A stretch of DNA of 64,000 nucleotides, from assembly GCF_044704955.1 (NCBI RefSeq), contig NC_091992.1, positions 73,966,001-74,030,000 on the forward strand, in the 5' to 3' direction. The notes under the pieces were generated by a model. That model had not been told where the DNA came from. It ran no database searches and saw only the letters and a program-made list of their open reading frames with translations. The first letter of the stretch is position 1; the number at the start of each line of letters is the position of its first letter. Origin of the DNA: Pristiophorus japonicus (lineage: Eukaryota). Below are positions 1 through 11,100 of the stretch, piece by piece. The position numbers were made by a program, and so were the translations under genes.

Positions 1-260
1 CACTGGGGTACAGTACTGATGGGTACAGATTTGTCACTGTACAACATTGGGGTACAGTACTGGTGAGTACAGGTCTGTCACTGTATAACACTGGGATGCA
101 GGACTGGTGGGGACAGGTCTGTCACGGTAGAAGACTTGTACAGTACTGGTGGGTACAGGTCTGTCACTGTATAACACTGAGGGTACAGTACTGGTGGCTA
201 CAGGTCTGTCACTGTATAAAACTGGCATACAGTACTGGTGGGTACAGGTCTGTCACTATA
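1..260. repeat. 44-bp tandem repeat array (CACTGGGGTACAGTACTGGTGGGTACAGGTCTGTCACTGTATAA)n, about 6 units
   Basis: Unit visible directly; same family inverted at ~38203-38345 and direct at ~44013-44130. Confidence 0.9.
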
Positions 261-365
261 CCATCTATTGATTGCCTTAATGAGTAGACATTCAGTTCCA
301 TTTTCTTCTCATCAAGGTGAGGAATGGAACACTTTCCATTTCAAGTGTCTGTTTGGAGCACTCCT

Positions 366-648
366 AGGTAAAGCTCCCTCTGCACTGTCCCATGAAACGC
401 TCCCAGGGCAGGTACAGCACGGGTTAGATACAGAGTAAAGCTCCCTCTGCACTGTCCCATGAAACGCTCCCAGGGCAGGTACAGCACGGGTTAGATACAG
501 AGTAAAGCTCCCTCTACACTGTTCCATCAAACACTCCCAGGGCAGGTACAGCACGGGGTTAGATACAGAGTAAAGCTCCCTCTACACTGTCCCATCAAAC
601 ACTCCCAGGGCAGGTACAGCATGGGTGGGATACAGAGTAAAGCTCCTT
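366..648. repeat. 67-bp tandem repeat array (CAGGGCAGGTACAGCACGGGTTAGATACAGAGTAAAGCTCCCTCTACACTGTCCCATCAAACACTCC)n
   Basis: Unit starts at 404, 471 and 538 (period 67); family recurs at several other sites in the window. Confidence 0.92.
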
Positions 649-904
649 CCATATTAGTGTCCTACTGTTCCCGTCTAACATCCAATATCTATGGACTGAG
701 TGATACTATCAATTTAGTGCTAAATATTGGACACTGTTGTCATCTGAAACGTGTTCTGGATGGACACTGCACAGATTTATTTCTCTTCAGGCCCATAAAC
801 ACAACAGAGTGACATTCACCCCATTAGGTGATTTCTGCATCACTATCTCTTGGTCTCCTCCAGGCCCCTCAACGAGGCAATGAAAATCTTGTTGCCTTAT
901 ATTG

Positions 905-1290
905 CCTATGAGTCAGAATGTTTCAAGCTCCACACCAGGGACTTAAGCCCATAATCCATTCTGACGCGGCAGCACTGTCGGAGATGCCGTCTTTTAAATG
1001 AAATGTTAAACCAAGGCCCCACTTGCCCTCTCAAGTGGATGTAAAACATCCCAGGGCACTTCTCTAAGAAGAGGAAGGGGAAATCTTCCACTGTCCTGAC
1101 CAAAAACAGATAAACCCGTCATTAAACTCAGGCGCTGTTGGCGTGACCTTGCTGTGAATGTTTGGCTGCCGTTTTTGTCTGTGTAATAACTGCGGCTACA
1201 CTTGGAAGTAATTCAATGGTTGTGAAGTGATTTGCGAACCCTGAGGATGTGAAAGGTGTTGTATGAATGCAAGCTATTTCTCCTTTCTTT
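905..1290 (+). mobile_element. Degenerate tRNA-derived Deu-domain SINE (SacSINE1-like)
   Basis: GAGTCAGAA..TTCAAG head, GCACTGTCGGAGATGCCGTCTTT..GTTAAACC body and GAAAGGTGTTGTATGAATGCAAG tail match the intact copies at 29897 and 61627. Confidence 0.7.
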
Positions 1291-1719
1291 CCCTCCGCAA
1301 TTCTCAGAGCGTAATTCTGTGCAGACCCGAGTCCTGCTCCCAACCTGTGTAGACTCCGCTAACAGCTCTCTCATTCCCGGACAGGAAGCAAGATCAGCTT
1401 GATGTCCAAATGCAAGCATGATAGATTTCTTTCAGAAAATAACATTTTGGGATGCAGTGTGTGAATGATTTGAGACATGACGTGTGGTGAGTGTAGCGTG
1501 CTTGGGAGGAAGAGGGGACTTTGGCCCTATGGTTCCCAAAGCTCTCCACCCCTGGGGTTTCCTCGCCTCATGTCTGGGTCTGTTGGAGACTCATTGATGG
1601 ACATCGATTGCTGTGATTGATCAACAACTCCATTATCGTTGTATCATGTGACTACCGGGATGGTAGAAGGTGAACTAGATGAACCGTGGCTTTTTTAAGT
1701 CTGTCAATTCTTATGTTTC

Positions 1720-4500
1720 AACTTCAACAATTGGCATCACGGAGACATGGCTCCAGGGTGACCAAGGCTGGGAAGTCAACATCCAGGGGTATTCAACATT
1801 CAGGAAGGATAGACAGAAAGGAAAAGGATGTGGGATAGCATTGCTGATTAAAGAGGAAATTAACGCAATAATAAGGAAGGACATTAGCTTGGATGATGTG
1901 GAATCGGTATGGGTGGAGCTGCGCAATACCAAAGGGCAGAAAACGCTAGTGGGAGTTGTGTACAGTCCACCAAATAATAGTAGAGAGGTTGGGGACAGCA
2001 TCAAACAAGAAATTAGGGATGCATGCAATAAAGGTACAGCAGTTATCATGGGCGACTTTAATCTACATATAGATTGGGCTAACCAAACTGGTAGCAATGC
2101 GGTGGAGGAGGATTTCCTGGAGTGTATTAGGGATGGTTTTCTAGACCAATATGTCGAGGAACCAACTAGAGGGCTGGTCATCCTAGACTGGGTGATGTGT
2201 AATGAGAAAGGACAAATTAGCAATCTTGTCATGCAAAGCCCCTTGGGGAAGAGTGACCATAATATGGTAGAATTCTTTATTACTATAGAGAATGAAACAG
2301 TTAATTCAGAGACTAGAGTCCTGAACTTAAGGAAAGGTAACTTCGATGGTATGAGGCGTGAATTGGCTAGAATAGACTGGCAAATGATACGTAAAGGGTT
2401 GACGGTGGATAGGCAATGGCAAACATTTAAAGATCGCATGGATGAACTTCAACAACTGTACATCCCTGTCTGGAGTAAAAATAAAACGGGGAAGGTGGCT
2501 CAACCGTGGCTAACAAGGGAAATTAAGGATAGTGTTAAATCCAAGGAAGAGGCATATAAATTGGTCAGAAAAAGCAGCAAACCTGAGGACTGGGAGAAAT
2601 GTAGAATTCAGCAGAGGAGGACAATGGGGAAAATAGAGTATGAGAGGAATATAAAAACTGACTGCAAAAGCTTCTATAGATATGTGAAGAGAAAAAGATT
2701 AGTGAAGACAAACGTAGGTCCCTTGCAGTCAGATTCAGGTGAATTTATAATGGGGAACAAAGAAATGGCAGGCCAGTTGAACAAATACTTTGGTTCTGTC
2801 TTCACGAAGGAAGACACAAATAACCTTCCTGAAGTACTAGGGGAACGAGGATCTAGTGAGAAGGATGAACTGAAGGATATCCTTATTAGGCGGGAAATTG
2901 TGTTAAGGAAATTGATGGGATTAAAGGCCGATAAATCCCTGGGGCTTAATAGTCTGCATCCCAGAGTACTTAGGGAAGTGGCCCTAGAAATAGTGGATAT
3001 ATTGGTGATCATTTTCCAACAGTCTATCGACTCTAGATCAGTTCCTATGGAGTGGAGAGTAGCTAATGTAACACCACTTTTTAAGAAAGGAGGGAGAGAG
3101 AAAATGGGTAATTATAGCCTGACATCAGTGATGGGGAAAATGTTGGAATCAATTATTAAAGATGAAATAACAGCACATTTGAAAAGCAGTGATAGAATCG
3201 GTCCAAGTTAGCATGGATTTATGAAAGGGAAATCATGCTTGACAAATCTAGAATTTTAGAGGATGTAACTAGTAGAGTGGATAAGGGAAAACCAGTGGAT
3301 GTGGTGTATTTGGACTTTCAAAAGACTTTTGACAAGGTTCCACACAAGAGATTGGTGTGCAAAATTAAAGCACATGGTATTGGGGGTAATGTACTGACGT
3401 GGATAGAGAACTGGTTGGCAGACAGGAAGCAGGGATCTGGGATAAATGGGTCCTTTTCAGAATGGAAGGCAGTGACTAGTGGGGTGCCGCAAGGCTCAAT
3501 GCTGGGACCCCAGCTATTTACAATATACATTAATGATTTGGATGAAGGAATTGAGTGTAATATCTCCCAAGTTTGCAGATGACACTAAACTGGGTGGCAG
3601 TGTGAGCTGTGAAGAGGACGCTAAGAGGCTGCAGTGACTTGGACAGGTTAGGTGAATGGGCAAATGCATGGCAGATGCATTATAATGTAGATAAATGTGA
3701 GGTTATCCACTTTGGGGGCAAAAACACAAAGGCAGAATATTATCTGAATGGCGGCAGATTAGGAAAAGGGGAGGTGCAACGAGACCTGGGTGTCATGGTA
3801 CATCAGTCATTGAAAGCTGGCATGCAGGTACAGCAGGCGGTGAAGGCAGCAAATGGTACGCTGGCCTTTATAGCTAGGGGATTTGAGTATAGGAGCAGGG
3901 AGGTCTTACTGCAGTTGTACAGAACCTTGGTGAGGCCTCACCTGGAATATTGTGTTCAGTTTTGGTCTCCTAATCTGAGGAAGGACATTCTTGCTATTGA
4001 GGGAGTGCAGCGAAGGTTCACCAGACTGATTCCCGGGATGGCTGGACTAACATATGAGGAGAGACTGGATCGACTGAGCCTTTATTCACTGGAGTTTAGA
4101 AGGATGAGAGGGGATCTCATAGAAACATATAAAATTCTGATGGGACTGGACAGGTTAGATGCAGGAAGAATGCTCCCGATGTTGGGGAAGTCCAGAACCA
4201 GGGGACACAGTCTAAAGATAAGGGGTAAGCCATTTAGGACCGGGATCAGGAGAAATTTCTTCACTCAGAGAGTTGTTAACCTGTGGAATTCCCTACTGCA
4301 GAGAGTTGTTGATGCCAGTTCATTGGATATATTCAAGAGGGAGTTGGATATGGCCCTTACGGCTAAAGGGATCAAGGGGTATGGAGAGAAAGCAGGAAAG
4401 GAGTACTGAGGGAATGATCAGCCATGATCTTATCAAATGGTGGTACAGGCTCGATGGGCCAAATGGTCTACTCCTGCACCTATTTTCTATGTTTCTATGT
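1720..4500 (+). mobile_element. CR1-clade LINE, 5'-truncated ORF2 (APE endonuclease + reverse transcriptase) with stops and frameshifts
   Basis: ORFs 1679-3211 (GITETWL, VIMGDFN, GKSDHN), 3235-3582 (YLDFQK, GVPQGS) and 3609-4409 (RPHLEYCVQFW, RMRGDLIE); 3' tail (TTTCTATG)n near 4485-4500. Confidence 0.95.
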
Positions 4501-5389
4501 TTACAATATCTTTGGCATTTTCTACTCCAGGTGGCTGTGGATGCTCAGTCGATGAGTATATTCAAGACTGGGATCGACAGATTTTTGGGCACTAAAGGAA
4601 TCAAGGTATATGGGGATAGGGCGGGAAAGTGGAGTAGATGTAGAAATTCAGCCATGACCTTATTGAATGGCGGAGCAGGCTTGTGGTGCCCTATGGCCTA
4701 CTCCTGCTGCTATTATATTCTTATCCCTCTCTTACCTTTTTGTGTATCACAACCTTTCTTGTCTCTCGCTACTTTATTCATACTATTGCTCCTGCAATCT
4801 TTCCTTCCAAACACCCCATCCTGAACACTCCTTCTCCCTGCATACTATCTTAAAATCAACTGCTCTTTGTCATACTCTAGCTCGGCACCCGTAAACAATG
4901 CCGTTCCTCGCCTTCCTTCTCCACATTACTGGGTTTTAAAACTTTAGTTTGGCATCACTCAATCAACATTTCTTTTAATTTTTCAACCTTGATGCTATCT
5001 TCAACGTGGGCTGTAAAAGTAGTTCACATTCAAGAACATTTAAAATGATGCTGCAGGCTGCCGTTTAACAGAAGCTCTTCAAACAAAGAGAATAACGGCA
5101 GAGTCTGGTCTGACTGGGTCCTGGGCCTAACAATTGGGCTATGGCCTGGATGAGCTGTCCTTATTCTGATGTTATTTGGTAATTATAAGATTGGTTTGTT
5201 AATCAAATTAACTATACTAAGAGTCTGGTGCTGAGCAAGTGGGTTATTAATCAATCCAGGATTGACTGATTAGGTTATTGATCAGTCTGGTACTGGGAAA
5301 ACATTCTTAATCAATGCATCATTGAACAAATGGATAATTGATCAGTCTGTTATTGTGGATATCTAGATTTTCCGATGACTATGGTAATG

Positions 5390-6340
5390 TTCTGGATCAC
5401 CATGTAGAGGGGCGAGAGGGAATCAAAGCAATTATCATGGATGGCAGAATCACCGGTCACCATAATGATCACCACTAACCATGGAGATGGGTGGGATCAC
5501 CGATCACCATGGAGACAGTACGGATTATTCGGCATCGCCAGAGAGAAACGAGATTGTTCGACACCAGAGCGAGGGGAGGGGAAATGGATGAGATTATTAA
5601 TTGCCATGGAGGCGATTGGGATTATTTGTGACCAGAGACGAGAGAATTCATTGGTTATCATGGAAACGGGTGCATTATTGGTCACCATGGAGACAGGTGA
5701 GATTATTGGTCACCATGGAGACAGGTGAGATTATTGGTTGTCATGGAGATGGTGGGATTATTGATCGCCATGGAGACGGTGGGATTATTGGTCGTCATGG
5801 AGACGGCGGGATTATTGGTCGTCATGGAGACGGCGGGATTATTGGTCGCCACGGAGACGGCGGGATTATTGATCGCCATGGAGGCGGCGGGATTATTGAT
5901 CGCCACGGAGACGGCGGGATTATTGGTAGCCACGGAGACAGCGGGATTATTGATCGCCATGGAGACGGTGGGATTATTGGTCGCTATGGAGACAGCGGGA
6001 TTATTGGTAGCCACGGAGACAGCGGGATTATTGGTCGTCATGGAGACGGTGGGATTATTGGTCGCTATGGAGACGGCGGGATTATTGGTCGTCATGGAGA
6101 CGGTGGGATTATTGGTCGCCACGGAGACGGCGGGATTATTGGTCACCACGGAGACGGCGGGATTATTGATCGCCATGGAGGCGGCGGGATTGTTGGTCGT
6201 CATGGAGACGGTAGGATTAATGGTAGCCACGGAGACAGCGGGATTATTGGTCGCCATGGAGACGGCAGGATTATTGGTCGTCATGGAGACGGCGGGATTA
6301 TTGGTCGCCATGGAGACGGCGCGATTATTGGCTGCCATTA
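5390..6340. repeat. 27-bp minisatellite (GGGATTATTGGTCGCCATGGAGACGGC)n in KCTD2 intron 1; about 24 good units plus degenerate distal copies
   Basis: 9-aa periodicity in three overlapping ORFs ([27 protein letters not shown]); array abuts the exon-1 donor at 6341. Confidence 0.95.
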
Positions 6341-6341
6341 C

Positions 6342-6542
6342 CTTATCCGAGTCCAGGTCCGGGTCCTCCTGGCACAGGCGACACAGGAAGGATTTGGGAT
6401 CCCTGCACAGCGTTTGCTTGGTGCTGATGAAGTAGGTTCCGCCCACGTTCAGCCGCACCCATTTGTTGCCGGGTTTGTCCCCGGGCCCGGGAGAGCTCGC
6501 CCCGTTACCGCCCGCAGGCCCCGAATTTTGCAGCTCCGTCAT
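6342..6542 (-). CDS. KCTD2: KCTD2 exon 1 (start of BTB/POZ T1 domain); downstream exons lie left of the window
   Basis: MTELQ...[40 protein letters not shown] then phase-0 donor AAG|GTAATG at 6341. KCTD2/5/17 family; the N-terminus resembling human MAELQ and the head-to-head position with ATP5PD point to KCTD2. Confidence 0.92.
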
Positions 6543-6684
6543 CACGCCGCCATTTCCGGAAATGCCAACGCTGCTTCCGGGTTCACTTCCCGCTTCAGGT
6601 CTGCTACCGGGGTTATTGTGATGTATTTCCGGTTCCGCACCACCATCTTGCCGCCCTTGGAGGACTCAGGAGTCGCTGAGACAG
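6543..6684. promoter_or_regulatory. Bidirectional CpG-rich promoter shared by KCTD2 and ATP5PD
   Basis: YY1-type GCCGCCATTT (6546-6555) and CCATCTTG (~6643); ETS/GABP-type TTCCGG cores (~6554, 6575, 6627) plus ACTTCC (~6585); no TATA box; genes diverge from here. Confidence 0.8.
6620..6684 (+). other. ATP5PD: ATP5PD non-coding exon 1 (start approximate)
   Basis: Consensus donor ACAG|GTGAGT at 6684/6685; the coding exon at 11917 has an acceptor upstream of its ATG, so a 5' non-coding exon is required, as in mammals. Confidence 0.7.
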
Positions 6685-6764
6685 GTGAGTGTGGCTGGCC
6701 GGGGGTCAACCGGACCGCGGGGAGGGAGAGGCCCGCCACAGCGGGGGCAGCGGTATGGAGGGAT

Positions 6765-6855
6765 GGAGGGCTGGAGTGGAGGGAGGAAGGGAGGAAGGGA
6801 GGAAGGGAGGGAGGAAGGGAGGAAGGGAGGAAGGGAGGAAGGAGTGAGAGAGAGA
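6765..6855. repeat. Purine-rich simple repeat (GGAA/GGAG)n
   Basis: GGGAGGAAGGGAGGAAGG run in ATP5PD intron 1. Confidence 0.85.
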
Positions 6856-6859
6856 AATA

Positions 6860-7810
6860 AAAAGAAAGACTTGTATTTATATAGCGCCTTTCACGACCAC
6901 CGGACGTCTCAAAGCGCTTTACAGCCAATGAAGTACCTTTGCAGTGCAGTCACTGTTGTAATGTGGGAAACGCGGCAACCAATTTGTGCACAGCAAGCTC
7001 CCACACACAGCAATGTGATAATGACCAGATAATCTGTTTTTTTGTTATGTTGATTGAGGGATAAATATTAGCCCCAGGATACCAGGGATCACTCCCTTGC
7101 TTTTCTTCAAAATAGTGCCGTGGGATCTTTTACGTCCACCTGAGAGGGCAGACAGGGCCTCGGTTTATCCGAAAGACGGCACCTCCAACAGTGCAGCATT
7201 CCCTCACCAGCGGCAGGTCGGGGCCATAAAAGGAACGGTGAGCGGCGGCTATGAGCAGCTTGGAGGTGTACCACTCCAGGGTACAGCGCGAGCTGGTGCA
7301 GGAGGGCGACGGCAGCGAAGAGGGACATCAACAAGGTCCAGGTCGTTGATTGGAGCGTGGGCAGACACAGCAGGAGTGGCGAGAGATTGTAGAGCGACGT
7401 GACAGGGGCCCAGGGGAAGCGTGAGTTCAGGGCCCAGGGACAGCACGGGCCAGCCCACACTGCGATATGTGTGTGCACTAGTTCCGTGCAGCAGAACAGG
7501 TCTGCAGTCATCCTGGTTAACCCTTGCCACTGGACCAACACCTAGCTCTGTCAAGCCCGTGTGGTGGCTGGTGTGCAACGGCCACCCCACATTAAAAAAA
7601 TCCATGTACGGGCATCTTCCACCCTTCAGGATGTAGTTCGGGATCCGGAATATTAGATCCTTCTCTGAAACACCTGCAAACTCATCCTTTTTTGGTGTGG
7701 AAGCAAGTCATCCTCGTTACGAGGTACTGCCTCAATCTCTGGAGTGGGACTTGAACCCACAATCTTCTGACTCAGAGGTGAGTGTGCTGTCCACTGAGTC
7801 ACAGCTCACA
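6860..7810 (-). mobile_element. Deu-domain tRNA-SINE split by an RTE-tailed short element
   Basis: Tail AAAGACTTGTATTTATATAGCGCCTTTC at ~6865, Deu body to ~7205, head GGAGTGGGACTTGAACCCAC..CTGACTCAGAGG..CCACTGAG at ~7740-7805. Confidence 0.85.
7210..7733 (+). mobile_element. Non-autonomous RTE-related short element; other copies 11088-11404 (+), 39503-39808 (-), 58550-58945 (+), 60876-61295 (-)
   Basis: Shared body CAGCCCACACTGCGATATGTGTG...CTCTGTCAAGCCCGTGTGGTGGCTGGTGTGCAAC and 3' end GGAAGCAAGTCATCCTCG..CGAGG.ACTGCCT, closely matching the 3' end of the RTE LINE fragments. Confidence 0.8.
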
Positions 7811-8154
7811 CCGGAATTGAGCGGGAGGGGGCGAGTGTGCTAGTGCTATCTTTTATGTTCACTTAAAATTGTAGATGGGATAAAGGAAGCCTAGGATTTT
7901 CTACAAAGGATTTAAATATATGAGATTAAATTTAAAGCCATATTGGGGAGAATCCCCTTATACAAACAGCGAAAAATATTTGCAATAATCTGCAGGGCAG
8001 GGGTGTAGAAACAGTCAAGCGACTAAAGGGATGGGCTGTGATTGAACAGTTCATAGAATCACACCACACAGAAGGAGGCCATTCAGCCCATCAAACCTGT
8101 GCCACCTCTTTTGAAGAGCTATCCAATTAGCCGCACTCCCCTTTATTCAGTTAT

Positions 8155-11100
8155 AGGATGTGGGCATTGCTGGCAAGGCCAGCGATTGCCTGTCCCTATT
8201 GCCCTGGAGAAGGTGGTGGTGGTGAGCCACGTTGAACCGCTGTAGTCCTTGCAGTGAAGGTGCTCACACACTGCTGTTAGGGAGAGAGTTCCAGGATTTT
8301 GACCCAGCGACGTTGAAGGAACGGCGATATATTTCCAAGTCAGGAGGGCAACCTGGAGGTGATGGTGTTCCCATGTACCTGCTGCCCTTGTCCTTCTCAG
8401 TAGAGGTCGTGGGTTTGGGAGGTGCTTTCGGAAGAAGCGTTGTAGAGTTGCTGCAGTGCACCTTGTAGATTGTGTACACTGCAGCCACAGTGCGCCGGTG
8501 GTGGAGGGAGTGAATGTTGAAGGTGGTGGATGGGATGCCGATCAAGCAGATTGCTTTGTCCTGGATGGTGTCAAGCTTCTTGAGTGTTATTGGAGCGACA
8601 CTCATTCAGGCAAGTGAAGAGTATTTCATCACACTCCTGACTTGTGCCTTGTAGGTGGTGGGGAGACTTTGGGGAGTCAGGAGGTGAGATACTCACTGCA
8701 AAATACCCAGCCTCTGACCACAATTTAAGTTTCCGGTCAATGGTGAACCTCAGGATGTTGATGGCGGGGGATTCGGTGCTAATGAGCAGATTATTGGTAC
8801 GTAAGTGTTGCTTAATAACACTGTCATCGACATCTTCCATCACTTTGCTGATGATTGAGAGTAGACTGATGGGTTGGTAATTGGCCGGATTGGATTTGTC
8901 CTGCTTTTTGTGAACAGGACATACCTGGGCAATTTTCCACATTGTTGGGTAGATGCCAGTGTTGTAGCTGTACTGGAACAGCTTGGCTAGAGGCGCGGCT
9001 AGTTTTGGAAAGCAAGTCTTCAACATGACAGCCGGGATATTGGCGGGGCCCATAGCCTTTGCTGTATCCTGTGCGCTCAGCCGATTCTTGATTTCACATG
9101 GAGTGAATCGAATTGGCTGAAGACTGGCTTCTGTGTTGGTTGGGACCTCGGGAGGAGGCCGATATGGATTATCCACTCAACATTTCTGGCTGAAGATGGT
9201 TGCAAACGCTTCAGCCTTGTCTTTTGCAGTCACGTGCTGGACTCCGCCATCTTTGAGAATGGGGATGTACATGGAGCAGCCTCCTTCCATTAGTTGTTTA
9301 TTTGTCCACCACCATTCACCACTGGATGTGGCAAGATGTAGAGTTTTGATCTGATCCGTTGATTGTGGGATCGCCTAGCTCTGTTTATAGCATAAGAACA
9401 TAAGAAATAGGAACAGGAGTAGGCCATACGGCCCCTCGAGTCTGCTCCACCATTCAAAAAGATCATGGCTGATCTGATCATGGACTCAGCTCCACTTCCC
9501 TGCCTGCTCCTCATAACCCCTTAACTCATTATCCCCTTATTATTTAAGAAACTGTCTATTTCTGTCAAATTTATTCAATGTCCCAGGTTCCACAGCTCTC
9601 TGAGGCAGCGAATTCCACAGATCTACAACCCTCAGAAGAAATTTCTCCTCATCTCAGTTTTAAATGGGCGGCCCCTTATTCTAAGATCGTGCCCTCTAGT
9701 TCTAGTCTCCCCCACTAGTGCAAACATCCTCTCTGCGTCCACCTTGTCCAGCCCCCTCATAATCTTATATGTTTTGATAAGATCACCTCTCATTCTTCTG
9801 AATTCCAATGAGTAGAGGCCCAACCTCCTCAACCTTTCCTCATAAGTCAACCCCTTAATTCCCGGAATCAACCGAGTGAACCTTCTCTGTACAGCCTCCA
9901 AAGCAAGTGTATCCTTTCGTAGATATGGAAACCAAACCTGCACACAGTATTCCAGGTGTGGCATGCTGCTTCTGCTGTTTAGCATGCATGTAGTCTTGTG
10001 TTGCAGCTTCCCCAGGCACCTCATTTTTAGGTACGCCTGGTGCTGCTCCTGGCATGCTCTTCTACACTCCTCATTGAACAGGGTTGGTCCCCGGGCTTGA
10101 TGATAGAGAGGGATATACCGGGCCATGAGGTTACAGATTGTGGTGGAATACAATTCTGCTGCTGCTGAAGATCCACTGTGCCTCATGGATGCCCAGTTTT
10201 GAGCTGCTGGATCTGTTCTGAATCTATCCCATTTAGCACGGCGGTAGTGACACACAACACAATGGAGGGTATCCTCAGTGTGAAGACGGGACCTAGTCTC
10301 CACAAAGACTGTGCGGTGGTCACTGCTGCCAATGCTGTCATGGCCAGATGCATCTGCGACAGATAGATTGGTGAGGACGAGGTCAAGTAGGTTTTCCCCT
10401 CGTGTTGGTTCTCTCACCACCTGCCGCAGGCCCAGTCTGGCAGCTATGTCCTTCAGGACTCGGCCAGTAGTGGTGGTACTGAACCACTCTTGGTGATGGA
10501 TATTGAAGTCCCCCACCCAGAGTACATTCTGTTCCCTTGCTACCCTCAGTGCTTCTTCCAAGTAGTGTTCAACATGGAGGAGTACTGATTCATCAGCTGA
10601 GGGAGGGCGGTAGGTGGTAAACAGCAGGAGGTTTCCTTGCCCACGCTTGACCTGAAGCCATGAGACTTCATGAGGTCCGGAGTCAATGTTGAGGACTCCT
10701 AGGGCCACTACTTCCCGACTGTATACCATTGATTAAAGAGTCTGGGACGTTGGCTGAAAGGTATGACTTTGTGAATATGTCAGGCTGTTGCTTTACTAGT
10801 CCGAGGTGGATGCCGGGTGGTCCATCCGATTTTATTCCTATTGTTTTTTGTAGCAGTTTGTTACAACTGTGTGGCTCACTGGGCCATTTCAGAGGGCAGT
10901 TAAGCGTCAACCCATATTGCTGTGTGTCTGGAGTCACATATAGGCCAGACTGGGTAAGGACGGAAGATATCTTTCCCTAAAGGACATGAGTGAACCACAT
11001 GGGTCTTTACAACAATCCTGTCGTATCACCATTACTGAGTCTAGCTTTGTAATTCCATAGTTATTTAATTAACTGATTTAAATAAATGTGAGTATGGGGC

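Noticed and set aside
366-648. Regular repeat arrays (67-bp, 44-bp, 27-bp) as possible CRISPR arrays
   Set aside because: Head-to-tail units without unique spacers, no cas genes, and a spliced eukaryotic context.
1711-2439. Long antisense ORFs over CR1 copies (also 18854-19555)
   Set aside because: Shadow frames of LINE ORF2 that recur in copies of the family; no independent evidence.
1679-4409. Intact autonomous CR1 element
   Set aside because: 5'-truncated, no ORF1, stop at 3209-3211 and several frameshifts; the 16793-19742 copy is also broken.
650-5390. KCTD2 exon 2 (expected DETGAYLIDRDP...)
   Set aside because: Not found in the unique stretches; it must lie left of the window.
5601-6860. 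419-aa and 236-aa plus-strand ORFs with (GGIIGRHGD)n and (METAGLLVA)n repeats
   Set aside because: By-products of a stop-free 27-bp minisatellite antisense to KCTD2 exon 1; no gene structure.
9632-10729. 365-aa ORF as a novel endonuclease fusion protein
   Set aside because: Chance in-frame junction between one LINE's endonuclease region and an inserted CR1 3' fragment at ~9960.
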